A program made the position numbers and the translations under genes. Below the pieces are notes generated by a model, which saw only the letters and a program-made list of their open reading frames with translations, was not told the origin of the DNA and made no database searches. Of a DNA stretch of 64,000 nucleotides, positions 56,192 to 64,000 are shown piece after piece. Position 1 is the first letter of the stretch, and every line of letters begins with the position of its first letter. Source of the DNA: a virus; IMG/VR virus record IMGVR_UViG_3300009130_000012, positions 1 to 64,000 of that record; one strand, 5' to 3'.

Positions 56192-57910
56192 GTGAGCAAT
56201 ATAAAAGAACATAGATTTAATAATTTAGACTCTAGGTTATCTAACTTAGATTACTGGGATTTTCATATCTCTTATGATTTAAGGACTGATTGTTGCTCAG
56301 AAGCTATAGATTCATTAAAAACACCATTATCTATCGATTTTAATGTCAGCAGTATTTACTCTGGTAATACTATTACTAGTTTAAACTCTTGGACGGGAGC
56401 GACTAATAGTGGTGTTACGTTATTTGATATTGGACTAACTGGTGTAGATAATGGTCTAATATTAATTAATAAAATTAGCGGAGACACTTCTAACAGTCAA
56501 ACAGTAAATGCTCTTACTGGTTCTACTTTAACATTATCTTCTGGTGATACTAAAATGTTTTTCACACAAGTTAGTGGAAATACAGGTTCTTATGTATACC
56601 CCATAGATATTATTACTCCAGATACTGCAACCACATTTAATGGTGTATATAGTAGATTATGCGGCGGATTTTATCAAGGATTTTATAAACTACAAGAATA
56701 TGATTATGAAGTGTTACCGACTAGGATGGAAAAGGGTTGGACTTCAGAATTTTGGTTACGTAGAGGTGATAATTGTAGCGGTACTACTAGTGGTACAACA
56801 CTAAATGATACTTACCCAGAAAATAAAGGATTATTCTTCTATATGGGTACTAGAGCAGAAGATAAATTCTGGAACTGTTTTGAAGGATTAAACACAGGGG
56901 TTACCTCTGGATGTACAAGTGGAGCTACTAGTGGATGTACTATTATTAAAGAGTCAGACGTTACTACATCGTCTGGAGTTCCTTTATGTCCTTCTGGTAA
57001 TACCATTGATGTTACTACAGATAATGGATTTTTAATATATGATAGAACTGAAGGTGGGTATTTAGCTTGCAATTTTACTGGTGATAGTATTACAATTTCT
57101 GAACCAATAGAGATAAAAGTAGATGATAGAAATCCGTTCTTAATATATCATAGAGCGGATTGTAATGATAGTTGTGGTAGTTGTAGTGGTACTGGATGTA
57201 CAACTGGAACTTTAGCTTGTGACGACGATAACATATCTATTATACAACAAGAATTGAATCCTATGGTTAGTGTAATCGACAACGCTATTGGATTTAGAAT
57301 TAAAGACGATGGTAGTATAGGTGTTAGGCTTTTAACCTCTACTGGTTCGTGTATTGATGATATTTATGTAACTGGAACAACGATTAATGAAGCTTACTCT
57401 AATGTTGGGTTAATTAATGACGAATGGAATCATGTAGTTATTAAATATATTGCCAACACTAGGTTAGATGATTGTGAATTACAAGTTGCTGATGCTAGAA
57501 CGGGTAGATTATATTTTTATGTAAATGGATACCTTAAATTCACTATTAATGATTTCCCAGAATTTATACCTAAACCAATCCAAAATTATAAAGAAAAGGT
57601 TCAAGGGGTTGGTTATAATATGAGTATTGGTGGTGGTACACAGGGATTGATTGAAAGTGTTACTTTTGACGGTCCTGACCCGTTAGATTCTGGTAGTGTA
57701 ATTGAGAAAAATTTCGCTGGAACATTTATTGGTGACATATCTCAATTTAAATTTCATACGACACCATTAAACTTATGTCAAATTAGGTCTCAGTTTGATT
57801 CGGATTCGTCTAGATATGACGTTAAGAAAAACGATACTTATTTAATTTTGCAAGAAAACGATGGTTACATCTTTCAAGAGAATGGTATTGAAATTGAATG
57901 GCCCATTTAA
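56192..57910 (+). CDS. Cys-rich structural protein with LamG/concanavalin-like elements
   Basis: GWTSEFW; EWNHVVIKY...LYFYVNG; FIGDISQFKF; C-terminal YLILQENDGYIFQE. Confidence 0.7.
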   Translation: MSNIKEHRFNNLDSRLSNLDYWDFHISYDLRTDCCSEAIDSLKTPLSIDFNVSSIYSGNTITSLNSWTGATNSGVTLFDIGLTGVDNGLILINKISGDTSNSQTVNALTGSTLTLSSGDTKMFFTQVSGNTGSYVYPIDIITPDTATTFNGVYSRLCGGFYQGFYKLQEYDYEVLPTRMEKGWTSEFWLRRGDNCSGTTSGTTLNDTYPENKGLFFYMGTRAEDKFWNCFEGLNTGVTSGCTSGATSGCTIIKESDVTTSSGVPLCPSGNTIDVTTDNGFLIYDRTEGGYLACNFTGDSITISEPIEIKVDDRNPFLIYHRADCNDSCGSCSGTGCTTGTLACDDDNISIIQQELNPMVSVIDNAIGFRIKDDGSIGVRLLTSTGSCIDDIYVTGTTINEAYSNVGLINDEWNHVVIKYIANTRLDDCELQVADARTGRLYFYVNGYLKFTINDFPEFIPKPIQNYKEKVQGVGYNMSIGGGTQGLIESVTFDGPDPLDSGSVIEKNFAGTFIGDISQFKFHTTPLNLCQIRSQFDSDSSRYDVKKNDTYLILQENDGYIFQENGIEIEWPI

Positions 57911-57955
57911 GAATTCTTTTTAATAGTTAAAACTATTTATTATAAAAAGAATTTC

Positions 57956-60001
57956 ATGTCTGTAAATAATAACAATAGAAAGATTACACAATTACCTAAA
58001 ATTACGACATCGGGAATGACTGATGACGATATTTTTGTGTTTGTTAATAGCGGTGCCACTAGTCAAGGTACATTGGGGGATATAGCTAGTTATTTTGCCA
58101 CCAATACTGATACATTTTCAACTGGAGGTACTTATAATCAAACTGGCTCTACTATTACAATCGATAATAATCAAGGCGGTAGTTTCGATATTACTGGTAT
58201 AACTACAAGTATTAATGGTGATAACGGTATTACAATACAAGATGGTGATACGGTAGAGTTGGGTGGTAGATTAAAGTCTGGTCTTACCACAATACAAGGT
58301 TTTAGTGGAGGTACATCTATATTACAGTTAGGAGACTCTTCAAATAGAATAGGTACTTTATTTGGATTCGGAAACTTTATTAGCTTTACCGCTGGAGATG
58401 TAGCTGATGATACTGCTACACTTACTTTACTTACAGCTCAAGCTGGGATAATAACTGGTAAAAATGGTTACGTTGAAATAGGTACTAATGATGCTACTTT
58501 AGGTCAAAGTACTAGATTTAAGGTTGACCACGGTATCACGACATTTACTGACACTATACCTAATTCTGCTGGAATACAATATGGTGCCGATTACTCTAAT
58601 AACTATACTGATTTATCACTTATTACTAAAGGTGATGTTAAAACTGGTAATATACTTTATGTAGATAATGTTAATGGTAACGATAGTACTGGGGAAAAGG
58701 GTAGTTTAGTTAATAAATATGCTACCATTTCCGCTGCTGAAAGCGGTGCGACAAGTGGTGATACCATTGTAGTAATGACGATGCAAAATGAAGAAGCTAA
58801 TCTAGGTAAGAACCAGATTACTTATCATTTTTTACCTGGTACTGGTATAAAAAACACAACAACAACTGGTAGAATATTCAACGATAATGGAAAAACTGAT
58901 AGTGGAGCAAACCCACTTTTCTTTAAAATAACTGGTTGGGCTGATTTTACTTCAAGAACGGACCAATCAGCATTATGGGGGGGTACTCTGTATCTTTACG
59001 AAGGGTCTTCCGCTGAGTTTGAATTTAATAGTTCAACTATTTTAAACTTAGATGGTTCAAAGGCAGATTCTGGATATCATTTTTGGGCGCAAGCGGAATA
59101 TATAAACGGTGCTGGGGCGGGTAAGTTAGCCACACTTAAAGGTAGGGTGTCTAGAGATGTGATAGGCGGTCATTATTTCTTGGGTGCTCATTCGGCAATT
59201 GCTAATATAGACGTTGGGGGTAATGTAGATGTATCCGCTATTTTTGTTAGTGCACAAGGTTGTGAATTAGTTGACGTTAATGTAGACCAAAAAGTAACAT
59301 TAGGTTATTCTACAACACACAGTTTTAAATTTTTTCTAAACGTTGATGGGGTTCCCTTTTTCACTGGTAATATTGATACTATAGAAGGTACTAATATGAT
59401 TAATGTTAGTGCTAAAATGGTTGAGTGGCAAAATGACGGGACTAACCAAAATGGTATATGGGGTATTTTTAAAATATATGAGTATTATGATAACACAAAC
59501 ACACATATACGTAATAATGTTAATATTAATATTGATGAAATTTTAGTTAAAGATGGAACACAGACAGTTCAAAGACCATTTATAGTTTCAAGTAATATGG
59601 GTAACGATACTGAAACTGTAGTTAAATTTAATAACTGTAAAATAACTATTGAAGATGGGTTTCCATTTACTGGTATTGCTTCTAGTTCACAAAAAGATAA
59701 ATATAATATAATGTTTCAAGATTGTTCGATTGATTATCAAAGTACTGGATTTACTTCTGGTTACACAATATTTGATACGTCATATGCTATGCCTCATTTT
59801 GATAATACTAGATTTAAAGTTTCTGACACATCTTATGAAATAGTTGGTAGTACTGTTGATAAAGAAATCGCAGTTTATGGTGGAGGTTTGTTTACTAATG
59901 GTGTCGTACCAGATGATATAGTAAATATTAATACTGAATTAGCTATGTCTGCTGATACAACTAACGTATTTAGTGGATTAAATAATATAAAAATAATATA
60001 A
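57956..60001 (+). CDS. tail-fibre-like protein
   Basis: RKITQLP N-terminus; LYVDNVNGNDSTG...YATISAA...SGDTIVV (beta-helix entry). Confidence 0.75.
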   Translation: MSVNNNNRKITQLPKITTSGMTDDDIFVFVNSGATSQGTLGDIASYFATNTDTFSTGGTYNQTGSTITIDNNQGGSFDITGITTSINGDNGITIQDGDTVELGGRLKSGLTTIQGFSGGTSILQLGDSSNRIGTLFGFGNFISFTAGDVADDTATLTLLTAQAGIITGKNGYVEIGTNDATLGQSTRFKVDHGITTFTDTIPNSAGIQYGADYSNNYTDLSLITKGDVKTGNILYVDNVNGNDSTGEKGSLVNKYATISAAESGATSGDTIVVMTMQNEEANLGKNQITYHFLPGTGIKNTTTTGRIFNDNGKTDSGANPLFFKITGWADFTSRTDQSALWGGTLYLYEGSSAEFEFNSSTILNLDGSKADSGYHFWAQAEYINGAGAGKLATLKGRVSRDVIGGHYFLGAHSAIANIDVGGNVDVSAIFVSAQGCELVDVNVDQKVTLGYSTTHSFKFFLNVDGVPFFTGNIDTIEGTNMINVSAKMVEWQNDGTNQNGIWGIFKIYEYYDNTNTHIRNNVNINIDEILVKDGTQTVQRPFIVSSNMGNDTETVVKFNNCKITIEDGFPFTGIASSSQKDKYNIMFQDCSIDYQSTGFTSGYTIFDTSYAMPHFDNTRFKVSDTSYEIVGSTVDKEIAVYGGGLFTNGVVPDDIVNINTELAMSADTTNVFSGLNNIKII

Positions 60002-60022
60002 TAACATAGTAAAAACAATAAA

Positions 60023-60532
60023 ATGACAAAACCAGATTTAACATTAGTTGATATATCACACATTGATATGTCTAAATTTATTATCAAAGACCAATATTTT
60101 GGATATATTTATCCATTTTTAACAGAGCAAACAATATTAGAATCATTATTAGCTGAAATAGTTTATTACAGGTTAAATGATTGTTTTTTTAATTTATTTG
60201 TTGAGGCTTGGAATTCTAGATTTTGGGTTCAGCGTGGATATGACGGTGCAACATTTTTAAAAAACAAAAAACATACCGCAGTTGGTAACTTTCTACATGA
60301 TTACGGTTATAGAATGGGTATGGGGGGCTACGAAATAGATAAAATATATAAATATATATTAACTGTAACTGGTTATAATAATATTGACCCTATTATTAGA
60401 TATATTGGTGTTAGAAGTGCATGGACTTTTTTCTTTAAATGGAAGCATATACATAACAATAATGTTTTCCCAATAACAGAAAATATGGAAATTTGTTTAG
60501 ATTATTCCGAAAATTATTTAAAAAATAAGTGA
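60023..60532 (+). CDS. DUF1353-like protein
   Basis: YDGAT...FLHDYGYR...YIGVR. Confidence 0.6.
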   Translation: MTKPDLTLVDISHIDMSKFIIKDQYFGYIYPFLTEQTILESLLAEIVYYRLNDCFFNLFVEAWNSRFWVQRGYDGATFLKNKKHTAVGNFLHDYGYRMGMGGYEIDKIYKYILTVTGYNNIDPIIRYIGVRSAWTFFFKWKHIHNNNVFPITENMEICLDYSENYLKNK

Positions 60533-60569
60533 TGATAAGTATATTATTATTATATAAAAAATAACACTT

Positions 60570-60761
60570 ATGGAAATGAATCAACAACAAGCATTAGAAA
60601 TATTAGTTAATGCGGTAAAAGTAGCTCAGAAAAGGGGGGCTTTTGAATTGGAAGAGGCACCTATTATTGCACAAGCAGTTGGTGTGTTTATGCCTCCTCA
60701 GCAACCACAAACGGAAGGTGAAGGTGAGGTTACTGAAGCTAAAGAAGAAGATGTAAAATAA
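60570..60761 (+). CDS. small hypothetical protein
   Basis: QALEILVNAVKVAQKRGAFELEEA; followed by a terminator. Confidence 0.75.
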   Translation: MEMNQQQALEILVNAVKVAQKRGAFELEEAPIIAQAVGVFMPPQQPQTEGEGEVTEAKEEDVK

Positions 60762-60787
60762 AAAGAGGGTACTAACCCTCTTTTTTT
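60761..60787 (+). terminator. intrinsic terminator
   Basis: AAAAGAGGGT-ACTA-ACCCTCTTTT followed by Ts. Confidence 0.85.
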
Positions 60788-60822
60788 CTTTTAGCCATTA
60801 TATTTATTAATAAAGAATATTC

Positions 60823-62841
60823 ATGGCTAATAAGTTAATATTAAGAAAACAAAAAAGCCCATATACTGGTGATTTTGCAGATACTACTAAATCTAAAACA
60901 TTATCTATTTCTGAATTAGATAATAATCAGATATATCTTAAGGGGTTAAATATAATTACTGGTTCCACATCTGGAACTGATATAATACTAGATAAACTTA
61001 ATGGTGACCAAATAACTATCGACCTATCGGCATTTTCTGGTGGGACAAGTGGTGGCACAGTAGATGTAGATTACGGTAATATTATTTTCGTATCTGAAGT
61101 TGGCGATACTGGTAGCACTAGGTCAGAAATAATTGGTAATATAAACAAACCTGTTGACCTTAATTGGGCTAGTGTAATTGCACAGAGTGGTGACACAATA
61201 CATGTTAAGGCTGGGGTGTATAATTATGACCCATCAATAGCCACTGGAAACACCCTTAGCGTTACTGGCGTAAATCATTACTTCGAGGCAGGGGCTAAGG
61301 TATATAATAATACAAACAGGGCGTTATTTGTTAAAGACCCAAGTATTAACTATGGTGCAGCTACTGAGGGTAATGTATACGGAAGTGGGTCTTTTTACAC
61401 CACAAACAATTATACGTATTCTCATATATTCTACGATGGTTCATTTGATACAGATTTTTCTACCATGTCTGTTTTTGAATTTGACGAATGTACTTCTGTA
61501 TCTACAGGAGATATGTTTTATGTTGGCGTTAGTGGAGCACCAAGAGGTATTATAATTAAGGGTAAAAATAGGATTGTTAGTTATAGTGGAAGCTGTATGT
61601 ATTTTAATACTACTTCAGCTACGAAAATTACAGTGGATTGTCCTCAAATTATTAGTGAAGCACCTGGTAAAAGAACTATAATAACTGGAACGGGTGGTGG
61701 AAGTGCTGGTGATTTAATAATCAATAGTAATATTATTAGTTCATATGGGACTGGTGGAGTCGAATCATCAATAAGTATTGTTGGTAGTGCTGGTAGAGTA
61801 ATATGTAACGCCTCTTATATTAAAAGTATTAGTGCTTTTGGGGTACCGACTAGGGTTTTGGATGTAACCGCTGGTAGAATAGACAGTGCGATGATTCAAG
61901 CTAATTTAATTAATTTAAACGCACATGTTGGTGATTTAAAATTATACGCCCATTCAATAGCTAACGTTACCCTATGTGATAGATTTCTTATAGCGGGTAT
62001 AATTGATGAAAGCTCGGTAGCTAACATATGTATGAGTAATATATTATATGATACTACTGGAACTACCAGTACTAATACAAGTTATGGTACATTAAATTTA
62101 AGTACGGTTGATGTTGATGTTTATGGAACGGAGATTCCTAACACCTACACAAGTTACACGTCTGGTTCTAAAGAGTATTTAATTAGTGGAATTAAGGGTA
62201 AAACTAACTTAATTGGTAATTGGGATAATGGAGATACTATAACGACTAATAATACTAATATTTTAAATGTGAATAATAACGCACACATTAAAAATACAAC
62301 AATTAATGTACATGGTGGTACATTAGAAGTATTAGGTAAAACAGATGACACTCAAATTAACTATACTGGTGGAACAGTTATGATGAATGGAGCTACAATG
62401 GTTGTTAGTGACCAAAATAAACAAATTATCACTACCCCTAATTCGGGTACAACAATTAAAGTTTATAGTGGAGGTCTTAATACGAATAAATTTGGTCCAT
62501 TTTCTGGTTCTACTGAACGTGTAAAAGTTGATGTATCTGGTACTGGTGCAGTAGTTACGGTTAATAGTGAAACATTTACTAGTACAACAGGAACAACTTC
62601 ATCTGAATCAGCTGCAGAATTATTAGCTTTAATAAATGCTAGTGGCACTGTTAACGCAACCGCATCACAAGATACACTTGGTACTGACACATACATTTAT
62701 ATAGAGTCTGATATAATTGGTACTGCTTTGGTTTTAAGTTACGGAACAAACACTGCCTTTAATTCAACAATAAAACTTAACTCTAACCCGACTACTGAAA
62801 TAGTGGGAGGTATGGTTATAATTGATTCACAAATAACTTAA
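60823..62841 (+). CDS. tail-fibre-like protein
   Basis: LSISELDNNQIYL N-terminal motif; AQSGDTIHVKAGVY beta-helix entry. Confidence 0.75.
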   Translation: MANKLILRKQKSPYTGDFADTTKSKTLSISELDNNQIYLKGLNIITGSTSGTDIILDKLNGDQITIDLSAFSGGTSGGTVDVDYGNIIFVSEVGDTGSTRSEIIGNINKPVDLNWASVIAQSGDTIHVKAGVYNYDPSIATGNTLSVTGVNHYFEAGAKVYNNTNRALFVKDPSINYGAATEGNVYGSGSFYTTNNYTYSHIFYDGSFDTDFSTMSVFEFDECTSVSTGDMFYVGVSGAPRGIIIKGKNRIVSYSGSCMYFNTTSATKITVDCPQIISEAPGKRTIITGTGGGSAGDLIINSNIISSYGTGGVESSISIVGSAGRVICNASYIKSISAFGVPTRVLDVTAGRIDSAMIQANLINLNAHVGDLKLYAHSIANVTLCDRFLIAGIIDESSVANICMSNILYDTTGTTSTNTSYGTLNLSTVDVDVYGTEIPNTYTSYTSGSKEYLISGIKGKTNLIGNWDNGDTITTNNTNILNVNNNAHIKNTTINVHGGTLEVLGKTDDTQINYTGGTVMMNGATMVVSDQNKQIITTPNSGTTIKVYSGGLNTNKFGPFSGSTERVKVDVSGTGAVVTVNSETFTSTTGTTSSESAAELLALINASGTVNATASQDTLGTDTYIYIESDIIGTALVLSYGTNTAFNSTIKLNSNPTTEIVGGMVIIDSQIT

Positions 62842-62880
62842 AAACAATTAACACATGAAATTAAAATATAACTAATTATT

Positions 62881-64000
62881 ATGGCGATATACGATAAAAA
62901 AATAAAAGGGGGTAATGGTGTAAATTACACTAAAGAGGTTGATAACTCTAGTGATTACTCTGGATTAACCAATGACACTTATTTTAAAAATTTAAGTGAT
63001 GGATTAATTTATTATAAAAATACTTCGGGTGATGTTATAACACCTTTTGATGGACTTAATTTGGGTAATAGTGATTTAACATTAACAAATAATAGAACGG
63101 TTAATTTAACTGGTAGTTCGTTGACGTATAGTGACTCAGTTGGTAATACTAGTGTTGAGTCGTCATTGAGTTTAGGTACTGGTGATACATTGACATTTTC
63201 ATCTCCACTTGGTGGTGCGGTATATTCTAAAGATGATGAAAATATTAGTTATACTGGTGGTGGTGTTGGTGGAACATTCATATTTAATGTGGGTAGAGGT
63301 ACTGCTCAAATGGATGTAACTCCATCAACAGGTTCAGTAGGTGGATTCACATTAGGGGATGATAAAATAGGGACAAAAGGGTACGTGACTTATCAAACCA
63401 AAGGTGTAGTAGATGATAGTAGACTATCTGAAAATAATTTATATTATTTTTATGTTGATTCTGGAGAGCTTAAAGGACGGTATAAGGATAACTTAGGTGT
63501 TGTAACCGATTTGACTATTGGTGCAAATATTGATTATAAGTTCGTTGTTAGAAGTAATGGTACTAATACATACTATGATGATTTTTATGTTGCTTTTAAT
63601 AATTCAATATCTGGTGATATTATAGATGTGTATACTGACCAAACAGTTGACTGTGGTTTAGGTACTGGTGCTTGGTCTTGGAATAAAGACATTACTGTAA
63701 ACTTAAATGGGCATCATATTACTATAACAAATTTAGGTTATATCAGAGTTGAATCTAATGTTAATATTAAAATGACTAACGGCACTTTTGAAACTGAGAA
63801 TAATTCAACAAACTTTTCAGCGTTTAACTTTTTTGGAACAACAGGTACAAGTACGTTTGAAGGTGATGGTGCTGTTAATGTTTTTTGTTATGTAGGTGGT
63901 TCTAATAGAGGTTCTTTTTATCAAAGAAGTACTGGTATAGTTAAAATATCAGGTGTTATAATGAAAGGTAACTATAGACTATGTGTTATAGGTGGTAGTG
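62881..64000 (+). CDS. tail-fibre-like protein, runs off the right edge
   Basis: ATG at 62881, MAIYDKKIKGGNGVNYT...; no stop in the portions I translated; N-terminus similar to 51723-52304, later part similar to 49544-51508. Confidence 0.75.
   Translation, partial: MAIYDKKIKGGNGVNYTKEVDNSSDYSGLTNDTYFKNLSDGLIYYKNTSGDVITPFDGLNLGNSDLTLTNNRTVNLTGSSLTYSDSVGNTSVESSLSLGTGDTLTFSSPLGGAVYSKDDENISYTGGGVGGTFIFNVGRGTAQMDVTPSTGSVGGFTLGDDKIGTKGYVTYQTKGVVDDSRLSENNLYYFYVDSGELKGRYKDNLGVVTDLTIGANIDYKFVVRSNGTNTYYDDFYVAFNNSISGDIIDVYTDQTVDCGLGTGAWSWNKDITVNLNGHHITITNLGYIRVESNVNIKMTNGTFETENNSTNFSAFNFFGTTGTSTFEGDGAVNVFCYVGGSNRGSFYQRSTGIVKISGVIMKGNYRLCVIGGS

Noticed and set aside
1-64000. Stop-codon reassignment, as in some Bacteroidetes jumbo phages
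   Set aside because: Conserved genes are full length in code 11, TAG and TGA end some genes, and no suppressor tRNA is present in the window.
49544-64000. CRISPR array or diversity-generating retroelement
   Set aside because: No spaced identical repeats, no reverse transcriptase and no adenine-specific TR/VR pair were seen. The 50125-50326 repeat is an in-frame coding duplication.

Overview
The window is part of an AT-rich, T4-like jumbo phage genome read in the standard genetic code. The host is most likely a Bacteroidetes (Flavobacteria-like) bacterium, judging from TTTG-N20-TAnnTTTG promoters, a T9SS-type secreted protein and an LSC-KKDE lipoprotein. From left to right it holds: (1) a minus-strand array of seven tRNAs interrupted by a homing endonuclease; (2) accessory and metabolic genes (DHFR, thioredoxin, SLT transglycosylase, ClpC, KTSC, ThyA); (3) a T4-like head module (terminase, portal, prohead protease, scaffold, major capsid protein); (4) a gp5-like spike gene and a gp55-like sigma factor; (5) a ~13 kb glycosyltransferase/sugar-modification cluster with PhoH and dUTPase; (6) a long block of tail-fibre or adhesin-like genes. 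The main finding is at 2993-3212 (-), where a host-type promoter drives a 29-aa leader peptide followed by a classic 1:2 / 2:3 / 3:4 attenuator directly upstream of the tRNA array. Leader codons 7-17 (ATA TTT GAA TGG TTT TAT GCC GAA GCG GAT TAT) use exactly the seven amino acids of the seven downstream tRNAs, if the CAT tRNA is Ile2. This suggests a ribosome-stalling sensor that switches on phage tRNAs when the matching host tRNAs are depleted. Six of the seven tRNAs are structurally non-canonical: one has rewired D-arm connectivity, two have long variable arms on Trp and Glu anticodons, and three have a covarying A18/G55 elbow. All functional calls come from motif recognition by eye; no database searches were run.
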